Source: Porphyromonadaceae bacterium UBA7203
GTDB lineage: Bacteria; Bacteroidota; Bacteroidia; Bacteroidales; Muribaculaceae
Assembly: GCA_002490725.1 (NCBI GenBank)
Contig: DKUN01000007.1
Location: 1,126-65,125 of the forward strand
Reading direction: 5' to 3'
Length of the DNA: 64,000 nt
This document shows, piece by piece, positions 1 through 10,145 of this stretch. A program made the translations under genes and the position numbers. Within the stretch, counting starts at the first letter, position 1. Each line of letters begins with the position of its first letter. The notes under the pieces were generated by a model. The model was not told the origin of the DNA and did not search any database. It saw only the letters and a program-made list of their open reading frames with translations.

Positions 1-304
1 TCGACTTGGCGCCTTTTTCTTCACCGGCTGTGCCGTGAAGCCAAAGGTCGAGCTTGCCCGAAGCTGAGGTTTTAAAGTAGACCGAAAGCACGGTCGACGG
101 GTCTGACCAATTGCAAATCCGACCCGTAATGTCAATGGCCGAACTGCCATCCTCGCGATAACCCGGACGCCCGGATTCGTCGGAGGTAACGAAAATGTTG
201 CCCACGGTCGGAATGTGCAGCGCGTCGGCAGGCACTCGCGGGGCAGCTGCGGCAGTGACGCCGCAAAGAAGCATTGTTGCAATAATAGATGATTTAAAAA
301 GCAT
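1..304 (-). CDS. secreted protein of unknown function, N-terminal part (gene runs off the window start)
   Basis: Own translation of the - strand from ATG 304..302 gives MLFKSSIIATMLLCGVTAAAAPRVPADALHIPTVGNIFVTSDESGRPGYREDG... The N-terminus looks like a signal peptide and the frame stays open to position 1. It is absent from the ORF track because the window edge truncates it. Confidence 0.5.
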   Translation of the reverse strand, partial: MLFKSSIIATMLLCGVTAAAAPRVPADALHIPTVGNIFVTSDESGRPGYREDGSSAIDITGRICNWSDPSTVLSVYFKTSASGKLDLWLHGTAGEEKGAKS

Positions 305-500
305 AAATCTAATGTGTATTTAAAAATGGTTATGGAATTTAAGACGCCCACACGGCCGGCAGAAGCGACAGGCGGCCGGGTTGGTGCAAATTTAGCCTTT
401 TTTTCAGAGATGTCAATGCCAAAACGGCTCGCCAAACACGCGTCTGCTCGTATTTAATAATCTTTAACTCAGTTATTTTCATCAACCGGGCAAATTGAAT

Positions 501-508
501 TATTTTTG
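501..508 (+). promoter_or_regulatory. Bacteroidota -7 promoter box (TAnnTTTG) for the GH2 gene
   Basis: tatttttg matches TAnnTTTG and lies about 50 nt upstream of ATG 558. Confidence 0.45.
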
Positions 509-557
509 TAAAAAAATACACGTTATTCTACCATTAAAACACTCCTGACGTTTATTT

Positions 558-3019
558 ATGAGAAAAGCTGCCGTTTTACTTATTCTGACATCATGCACCA
601 TCGCCCCTGCTGGCGCCGAGACCAGGAATATCAACAGCGACTGGGAATTTCAAATCGTGACGACCGCCTCCTCGGCCAACGAAATAGTCAATCAGGGAAC
701 GGACTGGAACTCGCAGTTCAACATCGAGCACGTTGACCGCCCCGACTCGCCGCTCAGCCCCTCGAAGCGCGACCTCGACATGGAGGCGCAGATTCTCAAT
801 AACGGAGAGTGGGAAGCGGTTGCCCTGCCCCACAATCCCGTAGTCGAAGACCTCGTGGTGCTGCACCAGTGGCAGGGCATATGCTATTACCGCAAGCATC
901 TCGACATTGACAGCAAAGACGCCGGAAAGCGATTCTGGCTCGAATTCGAGGGAGCTATGCACCTGGCCGACGTGTGGGTCAACGGCACTCATGCCGGCAA
1001 TCACAGCGGCGGCTATACTCCCTTTGTCATCGATGCAACCGGACTGCTCAAGGCCGGAGAACCGAATGAGATTACGGTTAGGCTCGACAATCGCGACAAC
1101 CGGCTTATTCCACCCGGCAAACCCCTGGAGTCGCTTGATTTCTGCTACTATGGCGGACTGTATCGCGACGTTAACCTGATTACTAAAAACCCTGTTCACA
1201 TAACCCACCCCATAATGGCCGACAAGGTTGCCGGAGGCGGCATTTTCGTCAGCAATCCGGCTGTCAGCGAAGAATTGGCCATGGTAAATGTGGCCGTCGA
1301 CATTGCCAACACCGCCGGCACTGCCGCCGACCTTACGGTGAGCCATACGCTCTATGAGTGGAAAAAGGGCACAGGCAAAGGACGCAAAGTAGCCTCCGCC
1401 AAGAGCGGCATCACTATTGCCGCCGGCCTTTCGGAGCGTACCGAAACCGCGCTCGATGTCAAGTCGCCGCGCCTGTGGAGCCCCGACTCACCGTCGCTCT
1501 ACCTGCTGGAAACCGAGGTGCGTCAGGGCGGCAAGCTCGTTGACCGCGAACAGACTCGAATCGGCATCCGCCACATCGAAATCACCAAAGCCGAGGGCTT
1601 TAAAATCAACGGACGCCCCATGCAGCTTACAGGCACCAACCGCCACATGGAATATCCCTATGTCGGCAACGCCATTTCCGACAATGCGCAGTTTCGCGAC
1701 ATACACCAGATCAAGGCCAACGGATTCAACGTTGTGCGCCTGGGCCATTATCCTCAGGCTCCATCGGTTCTCGACGCCTGCGACGAACTCGGCCTGCTCG
1801 CAATCGAGCCGATTCCCGGATGGCAATTCTTCAACAAGAGCCGGCTCTTCATCGACCATACCTACAAGGATATCCGCGACATGATCAGGCGCGACCGCAA
1901 TCACCCGAGCATAATAGTGTGGGAAACCACCCTCAACGAGTCGTGGCCGCCGGCCGAGTGGAAGGACGGCGCCGTAAAGATTGCCACGAGGAGTATCCGG
2001 GCAACCAATGCTACACTGCGGGCGACAGCTACGGCTATGACGGCTTCGACGTTTGCTATAACGACTGGGAAGAGGGGTTCAACCGCCCGAACCACACGTC
2101 GAAACCAGGCTTCATTCGCGAGTATTACGACTATGAGTTCGGCGGCCATTACAGCTCTACCCGCATCAGGCGCGGCGACGGCGACAGGGCACTGAGCGGC
2201 AATCTGTGGAACGCGCAGTGGTCATGCAACCGCTATAACGCATACTACCCGGCCACATTCGGGGCTGCAGTCTGGAGCATGTATGACTATAACCGCGGCT
2301 GCTGCGACAATATATGTTACAGCGGCGTGGCCGATATTTTCAGATTGCCCAAGTTCAGCCTGTCATTCTTCCGCTCGCAAATCAAGGCCGGCACGCCGCT
2401 GATGCCAGGTGTCGAGATGCCCTATATGGTCTTCGTGGCCGGCCACTGGCTCAAGGAATCGTCCGATACGGTTGTCGTTCTGGGCAATGTCGACGAGGTT
2501 GAACTGCAGCTCAACGGCGTCACCATAGAGCGCCGTAGCCATGACAACGGGCCCGACACGCACTATGTGCCGTCGGCCGACGGCGGCAACTGCCGCAACC
2601 TGCCGTCCGCACCGTTCACATTCACCGGTGTTGAATGGCAGCAAGGAGAGCTGAAGGCCATCGGCTATGCCGGCGGACGTAAAGTTGCCGAGCACTCTGT
2701 TTCAACCCCCGGCGAAGCAGCCTCGCTCGCAATCGATTACTTCGAAGAGGGCAAAGCGGCTGCAAGAAACGACCTGCTTATTGTCTACGTAAGGTTTAAA
2801 GACGCCGCGGGCACTGAATTGTTCGGCGAAAACAACCGCCGGGTCACACTGCGCGCATCGGGCGGCACTATTGTCGGGCCGTCGACCCGCAGCGCCGAAG
2901 CCGGCGTGGCCTCATTTCTGGTGCGTACCGGCAACGCCGGCAAGCTGCGCCTCCACGCCGCGTCAGGCCCTCTGAGCAGTGAACTCAACATGAAACTCGC
3001 CGGCAAAAATGCTTTTTAG
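558..3019 (+). pseudogene. glycoside hydrolase family 2 (beta-galactosidase-like), disrupted by a -1 nt frameshift near 1983-1987
   Basis: ORF 558..2195 carries a signal peptide and GH2 sugar-binding/TIM-barrel motifs up to ...NESWPPAEWKDGAVKIA, then turns into low-complexity T/R/A-rich sequence. ORF 1820..3019 (another frame) reads as plausible GH2 sequence only from HEEYPGNQCYTAGDSYGYDGFDV... onward. Joining the two at attgcc-acgag (one missing base) gives a continuous ~820-aa GH2. Confidence 0.8.
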
Positions 3020-3089
3020 CAGCGATAACACTTGCCATTTTCGACAAAGATAACTACATTTGTGATTCGATAAATTCACAATCATAATA

Positions 3090-4448
3090 ATGGAAAAGAA
3101 ACAAAAACGCTACCTGCTCCAGGAAGATGAAATTCCCCGCTACTGGTACAACATTCAGGCCGACATGGTCAATAAGCCGCTGCCGCCCCTGAATCCGTCG
3201 ACACGTGAACCGCTCAAGGCCGAAGACCTCTACCCGATTTTTGCCGAGGAACTGAGCCGCCAGGAGCTTAACCAGACCGACGCCTGGATCGAGATTCCGG
3301 AGCCGGTGCGTGAAATGTATAAGTTTTACCGCTCGACGCCGCTGGTGCGCGCCTACGGCCTGGAACAGGCCCTCGGAACGCCCGCCCATATCTATTTCAA
3401 GAATGAAAGCGTCAGCCCCGTCGGCTCCCACAAGCTCAACTCAGCCATTGCGCAGGCTTATTACTGCAAGCAGGAGGGTGTAACCAACGTCACGACCGAA
3501 ACCGGCGCGGGCCAGTGGGGTACGGCACTGTCATATGCCGCGCGTGTATTCGGCCTGGAGGCCGCAGTCTATCAGGTCAAGGTCAGCTACGAGCAGAAGC
3601 CCTATCGCCGGAGCATGATGCAGGTGTTCGGCGCACAGGTAACGCCCTCGCCCTCCATGTCGACCAGCGCCGGCAAGGATATACTGACCGCCATGCCCCA
3701 TCATCAGGGCTCGCTCGGCACGGCGATTTCCGAAGCCGTAGAGCTTGCTCGCGAAACTCCTAACTGCAAATACACGCTCGGCTCCGTACTGAGCCACGTG
3801 ACGCTGCACCAGACCGTAATTGGTCTTGAAGCCGAAAAACAGATGGAAATGGCGGGCGAATATCCCGACATTGTTATCGGCTGTTTCGGCGGCGGTTCGA
3901 ACTTCGGCGGCATATCATTTCCGTTCATGCGCCACAATATCCTGGAGGGCAAGCAGACGCGATTCATTGCCGCCGAGCCGGCTTCGTGCCCGAAGCTGAC
4001 CCGCGGAAAGTTCCGCTACGACTTCGGCGACACCGCAGGCTACACGCCGCTGCTGCCCATGTTCACCCTCGGCCATGATTTCATGCCCTCCAACATCCAT
4101 GCCGGCGGCCTGCGCTACCATGGAGCCGGGGTCATTGTTTCCCAGCTGCTGAAAGACGGGCTCATGGAGGCCGTCGACATCGATCAGCTGGAATCGTTCG
4201 AGGCCGGATGCCTCTTTGCCAAGTCGGAAGGCATCATTCCGGCGCCCGAGTCGTGTCATGCTATCGCCGCCACCATGCGCGAGGCGCTGAAGTGCAAGGA
4301 ATCGGGCGAAGAGAAAGTGATTTTGTTCAACCTGTCGGGCCACGGGTTAATCGACATGGCGTCATACGACAAATACTTGTCGGGCGACATTCAGAATTTC
4401 ACCATCAGCGACAAGGATATTGACGACAACCTGTCGAAACTCGACTGA
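3090..4448 (+). CDS. TrpB-like PLP-dependent enzyme (tryptophan synthase beta chain type 2, stand-alone)
   Basis: 452 aa. The N-terminal extension (EIPRYWYNIQADM) and the motifs YFKNESVSPVGSHKLNSA and TETGAGQWG are typical of the TrpB2 family. No other trp genes are in the window. Confidence 0.9.
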   Translation: MEKKQKRYLLQEDEIPRYWYNIQADMVNKPLPPLNPSTREPLKAEDLYPIFAEELSRQELNQTDAWIEIPEPVREMYKFYRSTPLVRAYGLEQALGTPAHIYFKNESVSPVGSHKLNSAIAQAYYCKQEGVTNVTTETGAGQWGTALSYAARVFGLEAAVYQVKVSYEQKPYRRSMMQVFGAQVTPSPSMSTSAGKDILTAMPHHQGSLGTAISEAVELARETPNCKYTLGSVLSHVTLHQTVIGLEAEKQMEMAGEYPDIVIGCFGGGSNFGGISFPFMRHNILEGKQTRFIAAEPASCPKLTRGKFRYDFGDTAGYTPLLPMFTLGHDFMPSNIHAGGLRYHGAGVIVSQLLKDGLMEAVDIDQLESFEAGCLFAKSEGIIPAPESCHAIAATMREALKCKESGEEKVILFNLSGHGLIDMASYDKYLSGDIQNFTISDKDIDDNLSKLD

Positions 4449-4467
4449 CAGCCTCGCAAAAATAGAA

Positions 4468-4520
4468 AACGCGCGCCACGTTCCGTCGTCGCTGACGGCT
4501 GTGGCGCGCGTCGTTTTTTT
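4468..4520 (+). terminator. rho-independent terminator after the TrpB-like gene
   Basis: GC-rich stem aacgcgcgccac (4468..4479) / gtggcgcgcgt (4501..4511), followed by a T7 run. Confidence 0.75.
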
Positions 4521-4869
4521 ACTGCCTCCGGTAATTGACGGTCATCCGGTCTCTGACGAGTGTCAGGGTGCTGTCGGTCATCTGCTCAATGACAAGAGTG
4601 TCGGCAAATTCTATTGTCGTATGATTGCCGATGCTTTTGCCTGTCAGAATCAGTTTATCGCCCGACTGCGACCAGGTTTCATACTGCAGGGTGGCCATGT
4701 TGACCGACGAGGCCTTGCCTCCTTTTTCCAGACAGAAGCCCTGGACCATCTCTTCCATTCCCGGAACGGGCTCGACCCAGGTTCCTTCAATGCCGTTGTT
4801 TTCACAGGCCGTCAACGTCACCGCTGCCATAACGCCACACAAAGTTTTAAGAATAGCTTTTGCTGTCAT
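4519..4869 (-). CDS. small lipoprotein (lipocalin-like)
   Basis: Within ORF 4519..4992 the start is taken at MTAKAILKTLCGVMAAVTLTAC (lipobox LTAC). The upstream 41 codons have no signal-peptide character. Confidence 0.6.
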   Translation of the reverse strand: MTAKAILKTLCGVMAAVTLTACENNGIEGTWVEPVPGMEEMVQGFCLEKGGKASSVNMATLQYETWSQSGDKLILTGKSIGNHTTIEFADTLVIEQMTDSTLTLVRDRMTVNYRRQ

Positions 4870-5059
4870 AATTGTTTCGTCGCTTTCCAGTTCCTGAAAG
4901 CATTTGATATCAGATATTACAGGTTTATAGATTAGAGAACCATGGAACTGCAATGTTTCTCCGTCGTCGGGCAATGCCTCTGTCGAGAACACGTTGATTC
5001 AGTAAAGTTACGGCTTTCGGCCGATACGGGCAAGGGTTTAACTCTTTTTAATACAGACA

Positions 5060-5100
5060 AAAGCGTAACGAAAGCCGTTCAGGTCGATTCGTTACGCTTT
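5060..5100 (-). terminator. hairpin downstream of the T9SS cargo gene
   Basis: Perfect 13-bp inverted repeat aaagcgtaacgaa / ttcgttacgcttt with a 15-nt loop, 48 nt past the stop at 5148. The U-tract is weak. Confidence 0.45.
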
Positions 5101-5147
5101 ATGGTTGAATCCGCAGAGTCAGCGGACGGTAAAAGGCGTGGCCGCGA

Positions 5148-7436
5148 TTACTTCAGCAGCGACTTGCTTACGTTGCCGTCGGCACCCTTGACAATGACAA
5201 TGCCCTTGGCCGAGCAGTTGACGCGGCGGCCGCTGAGGTCGTAGATTTCAGCTGCGCCATTGCCGCCGGCAATGATTTCGCTGATGCCCGACTGCACGGC
5301 CTTGACCGGAATAGTCACCTCAACGCCGGGGCCGCTCACCTTGACAACTCCGTCGACGGCATTGCTGCCTGCACGGCTTACGGTGAGCTTACACTCGTCA
5401 TAGCGGCCCGCTACGGTGGCGCTCAGACCTTCGGGAACCTCTACGCTCAGCTTGCTGCCGTCGTAGTAGCTGCCAAGCATGGCAACGGCTTCAGCGTCGT
5501 CAGCGCCCAGTTCCAGACCCTCGCAGTCGGTGGTCAGCCAGGGATATTCAGCCTCCAGGCCGATTGCGAACGCGCCGGCAGGATCGTAATAATCGCCATT
5601 GGCATAGTAGGTCATAGGCTTGAGGTTATAGTAGGGGTCATCGCCGCGGAAAGTGCCGTGGCCGTTAAGTCTGATTTCATTGAGGATGTAGCCTAACACG
5701 TAGCTCTCGCCGGAGGGCATTGACTGGTAGGGCGCAAAGAAATCTACCTTGTCGGAACGGAAACCCGAGAAGAAAACAAAGTAGGCCGGATGTTTGTCGG
5801 TAGCCTTGACCACAACCGACTCGTCGAAGTCGAAGGGGAAACAGAGAGAGGCCCGGATGCCCTTGTCGAGACCAAGTACCTCAGAGCCCATGATAGTGTC
5901 GGTAGCAATTACGGTCAGACTCTCGAAGTCGCGGCTCATTTCTTCGTTTACGCCATAGATTGTTGCTGCAAATTTAGCATCGTCTGCAATCTTGCCGAAT
6001 CCATAAACAGTAACACCGTTGACAACCAGAGGAGCGGCGGTAGGCATCAGGAGGTTGGCGAGACCTTCGAGGTGAGCAAAGTTGCCTTCGATCACATCGT
6101 CAGGATTCTTAATAGAGTAATTGAGCCAGAAACGGTCGGAGTTGACGTTATAGCCGAACACGGGCAGAGCATAGTCGCCGATGGTTTGCTCGTCGACCAT
6201 CAGAGGCGCAAAGCCATCGGTATTGTAAGCGAACGACAGCAGCGAAGCCTCGAACTCAGAACCATCTTCAAGGGTGCGCTCGGCCTTGCCACCGGCCTGC
6301 ATGTACACGTGGCCGGGCATGTAGCTGGCCGGAGTTGCCTTAGGAGCCGTTGCGGTCAGCATGGGAGGCCTGAAGAAGTTGTTGCGCTTGAACTCGTCGG
6401 TCGAATAGTCGGGCACGAAAGTCAGGGTCAGTTCTTCGGCATTGTCGGAGTGAGCCTCACGGCCGGTAATCGGGTCGGTGTAGGTCCATGTGTACACTGC
6501 GTTATCCTCACTCGAGTTGTTATACCAGGTAATAGGCTCGAAAACCGGGTGGATGGCTATATCGGCCATCAGGCCGCTGAAGTTCTCTTCGCGGGTCAGA
6601 CCCCAGTAGAGCGTCGAAGCCGGCTCGATGTAGCTGACATTGTCAAGCGAGGGCAAGCCCACCGAAATCTCGTCGATACAGATGGTGTTGCCGTCAGCGC
6701 CGACTACACGGAAGGCGAACTGAACGGTCTTGCCGACATAGGCCGACAGATCTTCAGAGCGCTTCTGCAGGCCCGTGAATTCCAGGTCTAACAGTTCGTC
6801 GATCGACTTATCCTTGTAGTCATTGGCAAAGTCGCGGAGCAACTCCCAGTCGCCGCCTTCAGGCTTGGCCAGCACCTGCAGGGTCTCGGCAACAATCTTG
6901 TCGCCGTCGTAGACCATGTTGTCCCAGTCAATATTATCAATGCTGAAAATATAGAACGGCGACAGATACACGTGATAGGCCAACTCCTCGCCATCTTCAA
7001 TAGTTACGGCGGGCGAGATAAGCCATTCGTCCTGCTGCAGAGCCGAGTAGTTGACACCATACATTACGCGGCCGTCAGAGGGCACGATTTCATAAACAGA
7101 ACCCGAAGGGGTCCAGCCATAGCTGCGGTCAATTCCGGTCTTGGATTCAACGGTCCAGCCTTCGGGAGTCCAGTCGTTCGAAGAGCCGTCCCAGCCTTCG
7201 AAACTTTCAAAAAGCGACAGCTCTTCGGCCGCGCGGCTTGCCACGGCAGCAGCCTTTGCGGCATGCTTGAGTTGAATCTTGTTGGAGCCGCGATCATCCG
7301 TAAAGTGAATGCGCTTTACGCCCGAATGCTCAGTCATGGTCACACCATTTGCCAGTTTGCGCGACGTCGGCGCAGGCGAGGCGGCCATGGCAAGAGTTGC
7401 TGCACAAAACAGCCCTGCGAGTAAATATTGCTTCAT
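5148..7436 (-). CDS. T9SS-secreted protein of unknown function (choice-of-anchor-J / cleaved-adhesin-like N-terminal domain, Por C-terminal sorting domain)
   Basis: 762 aa with signal peptide MKQYLLAGLFCAATLAMA. The N-terminal region has FESFEGWDGSSNDWTPEGWT...DEWLISPAV. The C-terminus ...AAEIYDLSGRRVNCSAKGIVIVKGADGNVSKSLLK is typical of a T9SS CTD. Confidence 0.8.
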   Translation of the reverse strand: MKQYLLAGLFCAATLAMAASPAPTSRKLANGVTMTEHSGVKRIHFTDDRGSNKIQLKHAAKAAAVASRAAEELSLFESFEGWDGSSNDWTPEGWTVESKTGIDRSYGWTPSGSVYEIVPSDGRVMYGVNYSALQQDEWLISPAVTIEDGEELAYHVYLSPFYIFSIDNIDWDNMVYDGDKIVAETLQVLAKPEGGDWELLRDFANDYKDKSIDELLDLEFTGLQKRSEDLSAYVGKTVQFAFRVVGADGNTICIDEISVGLPSLDNVSYIEPASTLYWGLTREENFSGLMADIAIHPVFEPITWYNNSSEDNAVYTWTYTDPITGREAHSDNAEELTLTFVPDYSTDEFKRNNFFRPPMLTATAPKATPASYMPGHVYMQAGGKAERTLEDGSEFEASLLSFAYNTDGFAPLMVDEQTIGDYALPVFGYNVNSDRFWLNYSIKNPDDVIEGNFAHLEGLANLLMPTAAPLVVNGVTVYGFGKIADDAKFAATIYGVNEEMSRDFESLTVIATDTIMGSEVLGLDKGIRASLCFPFDFDESVVVKATDKHPAYFVFFSGFRSDKVDFFAPYQSMPSGESYVLGYILNEIRLNGHGTFRGDDPYYNLKPMTYYANGDYYDPAGAFAIGLEAEYPWLTTDCEGLELGADDAEAVAMLGSYYDGSKLSVEVPEGLSATVAGRYDECKLTVSRAGSNAVDGVVKVSGPGVEVTIPVKAVQSGISEIIAGGNGAAEIYDLSGRRVNCSAKGIVIVKGADGNVSKSLLK

Positions 7437-7482
7437 TTGGAAAATAATAGATGGATTGGTTATAATTTGTGATTTATTTTTG

Positions 7483-7490
7483 CAAATATA
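7483..7490 (-). promoter_or_regulatory. -7 promoter box for the T9SS cargo gene
   Basis: The - strand reads tatatttg (TAnnTTTG), about 47 nt upstream of ATG 7436. Confidence 0.5.
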
Positions 7491-7533
7491 CGCAGATTAT
7501 TTAATATTTATGTTGTATAGCATATAAGAACTT

Positions 7534-8226
7534 CTAATATCCTAACAAATTCAGTAGAAATGGCGACAGCAGCGCGGTCAAAATACCGTTTAGGGTCAAA
7601 CCCAGCGACGAAAAGGCTCCATAGCGGTCGCTCTTCTCCATGGCGGCGGCAGTGCCGACGGCATGTGCGGCCGTGCCGATCGAAAGGCCGGTTGCCATCG
7701 GACTCGTAATGCGGCTCATGCTTACTATTTTAAATCCGGCCATACCGCCGAAAATGCCGGTACACACCACCACGGCGGCCGTCAGCGCCGGAATGCCGCC
7801 GAGCGCCGACGATATCTCCATGGCTATAGGCGTGGTGACCGCCTTGGGCGCCAGAGAGATTATCACCTCGCGGCTTGCGCCGAGCATTTCGGCGATGATC
7901 ACCACCGACACCAGCCCGGCCACGCATCCCGCCAGCTCGGCCAGCAGCAGCGGAATCACCTGCTTGCGTATGGTTGAAAGCTGGCGATAGAGCGGCACTC
8001 CAAGTGCCACCACAGCCGGCTTGAGCCAGAATTCGATATACTCGCCCCCGGCCTTATACGTGTCGTAGTCGACCCCGGTGCCCATCAGCACGCATATTAT
8101 CACGACAATAGATATCAGAATCGGATTAAACAGCTTAACGCCGAGCTTTCTGCCGAGCCACTGCGACCCCAGATAGGTCATAAACGTCAGCGCTATGAGA
8201 AAAAACGGATTAGTGAAGAAGTCCAT
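7534..8226 (-). CDS. lrgB: LrgB/CidB family murein hydrolase regulator (membrane protein)
   Basis: 230 aa, polytopic, with LrgB-family sequence (MDFFTNPFFLIALTF...). It overlaps the upstream lrgA-like gene by 17 nt. Confidence 0.9.
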   Translation of the reverse strand: MDFFTNPFFLIALTFMTYLGSQWLGRKLGVKLFNPILISIVVIICVLMGTGVDYDTYKAGGEYIEFWLKPAVVALGVPLYRQLSTIRKQVIPLLLAELAGCVAGLVSVVIIAEMLGASREVIISLAPKAVTTPIAMEISSALGGIPALTAAVVVCTGIFGGMAGFKIVSMSRITSPMATGLSIGTAAHAVGTAAAMEKSDRYGAFSSLGLTLNGILTALLSPFLLNLLGY

Positions 8227-8566
8227 GGCCGACGGTTTTGCGCGTTATCTGATGTGTCCAGCCTGTAACGGCTATTATGATGACTGTGCTGCCTATCGTA
8301 GCGCCGACTATCGGCAGCCACTGCTCGCTGATAATGCCGAGACAGCGCATCAGGCCCACTCCTGCGGGCACAAAAAAGAAGCCGATGTTATGAACCAGAA
8401 AGTCGGCAAACTTCTCTACCATGTTCAGCTTCACGATGCCACACTTGAGCGAAAGCGCAAGCAACAGCATGCCTATGATACTCGATGGCACACCCGTGCC
8501 CGTGAGCCATTCCACCAGTTCTCCGAGCGCCAGAAATAAAAAAAGCACTCCACATTGAATAATCAT
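8210..8566 (-). CDS. lrgA: CidA/LrgA family holin-like protein
   Basis: 118 aa with 4 predicted TM segments, translationally coupled to lrgB. Confidence 0.85.
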   Translation of the reverse strand: MIIQCGVLFLFLALGELVEWLTGTGVPSSIIGMLLLALSLKCGIVKLNMVEKFADFLVHNIGFFFVPAGVGLMRCLGIISEQWLPIVGATIGSTVIIIAVTGWTHQITRKTVGHGLLH

Positions 8567-8620
8567 TTGATTGTCAAACTAATTGAATTAAACATTATCT
8601 TAATTACCTTAATGGAACTG

Positions 8621-8628
8621 CAAAGTTA
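8621..8628 (-). promoter_or_regulatory. -7 promoter box for lrgAB
   Basis: The - strand reads taactttg, about 55 nt upstream of ATG 8566. Confidence 0.5.
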
Positions 8629-8651
8629 CATACTTTTTTTAATAAAAAATT

Positions 8652-8933
8652 ACGGTTCTCGGAGCAAAAAAGGTGAATTTCTGCGTTTTAAACTGAGCCA
8701 TAACGCATTAAACAGAAAACCTCGGAAATAGTAACGATGGCAATATTGAGAAGCGAACCTCGTTCCACCTGAGTAGGCACACATTCGCAGTATTAGCCTT
8801 GAACTATGGTATGCCGATAGAAAGTGTAAGCAAGATTCTCGGACATACCAACATTACGACAACGCAGATTTACGCCAAGGTAACAAACGCAAGTTTTATA
8901 TGCGAATTGTTACGGTTCTTTTATACACGATGA
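8652..8933 (+). pseudogene. tyrosine recombinase (phage-integrase family), C-terminal remnant with a frameshift
   Basis: Own translation gives ...SKKGEFLRFKLSHNALN... in one frame, then ...IEKRTSFHLSRHTFAVLALNYGMPIESVSKILGHTNITTTQIYAKVTNA in another. This carries the conserved R-H-x-x-R...H...Y catalytic C-terminus. The ~250 N-terminal residues are absent and there is no start codon. Confidence 0.7.
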
Positions 8934-8943
8934 AAATGTAATG

Positions 8944-10134
8944 CTATTGTTTCTCTACAGGTGGTAAACTTTGGAAGTGCCTTGTTGCCCACACTTGAAT
9001 AAGGAATATAACGCTTATACAAACAGCTATTTTATAAGGTCCTACAATATCATATGCTCCAAAAAATGTTTCGGCAAGAGGTAAAATAATGATCGGCGAT
9101 ATAAATTGCCCCAAATACAATGCTGCAGACAGTAAAGGCATTACCGTAGTTGCAGAGTTCTTTCCGCCTTTGATAGAGGCAATGGTCATAAGATAAGGTA
9201 CACCCACACCATTAGCCAGCCCAATAAATGCCGAGCCGACTAAAATCATTGCCATATTGCTTGCTCCGGCATAAAACGAGTAACCGATAATGAGTGCAAA
9301 GGGTGGGAAGAACTTAATTGTAGTACGAAATTTCCCCATCATCTTACCAAACACCAATCCAACAAAAAATGCGAGCAGGTCAAGAGCCACCATCAATAGG
9401 GTAATAATCCCTGTGTCAATCCCTAATTGTTTGCCCGTGATAATGGCAAAGTTGGTTGGAAACACAAAAAACACCATAGTCAGCAATAACATACCAATTA
9501 CCGAAGGATGGAATTTCAGCAGTTGGCGTGGAACAAATTCCTTTCCTCGTTTGTTGGATGAACCTAATTTTTCATTAGGCAGGAAACGAAGAATCATAAA
9601 GAGTGCCACCAATCCAAATACATAGACAAGGAAAGCATAATTCCATTCAATAGATGCCAAAACTCCGGCAAGCAGTGTTCCGACAACACCGCCCATCTGA
9701 TTCATAGCAGCCGACAGCCCCATTAATCTGGCTTGCTCTTCAGGAGGATAAAAATAGGACAACAGACCTGTTGAAAGTGGCATAATCAAACCGACACTGA
9801 CACCTAATAAAGCTCTCATTACTAACAGAACATTCAGATTGTCAATAAAAAAGCATCCTGTTCCTGCTACAACATATAGGAGTAATCCAATAGTTGCGAT
9901 TGTTCGTGTACGCCAAACTTTGCTTATTTGCAGAAAGAACATATTGGTAATGATGATAAAGAGTGCTGGGAGACTAATTATCATTTGTACTAAAATGTCG
10001 GGCGAAGATGCAAAATGTTCTTTGATGATACCCATAGCAGGAGCGATTGCTGCCGCTGCCATAACTGTAAGAAGCGACATAGAAAGAATAGTCGCCGTTA
10101 CCATTTTTGAAGGTTTGCTCATGTCATTAATCAT
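8944..10134 (-). CDS. MFS transporter
   Basis: 396 aa, about 12 TM segments, MFS-like loop motifs. It is markedly AT-rich compared with the flanking genes. Confidence 0.85.
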   Translation of the reverse strand: MINDMSKPSKMVTATILSMSLLTVMAAAAIAPAMGIIKEHFASSPDILVQMIISLPALFIIITNMFFLQISKVWRTRTIATIGLLLYVVAGTGCFFIDNLNVLLVMRALLGVSVGLIMPLSTGLLSYFYPPEEQARLMGLSAAMNQMGGVVGTLLAGVLASIEWNYAFLVYVFGLVALFMILRFLPNEKLGSSNKRGKEFVPRQLLKFHPSVIGMLLLTMVFFVFPTNFAIITGKQLGIDTGIITLLMVALDLLAFFVGLVFGKMMGKFRTTIKFFPPFALIIGYSFYAGASNMAMILVGSAFIGLANGVGVPYLMTIASIKGGKNSATTVMPLLSAALYLGQFISPIIILPLAETFFGAYDIVGPYKIAVCISVIFLIQVWATRHFQSLPPVEKQ

Positions 10135-10145
10135 ATTTACGCATT

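Noticed and set aside
3055-3085. TGTGA...TCACA upstream of the TrpB-like gene as a CRP/FNR-type site
   Set aside because: The half-sites are 10 nt apart rather than 6, and the rest of the palindrome does not match.
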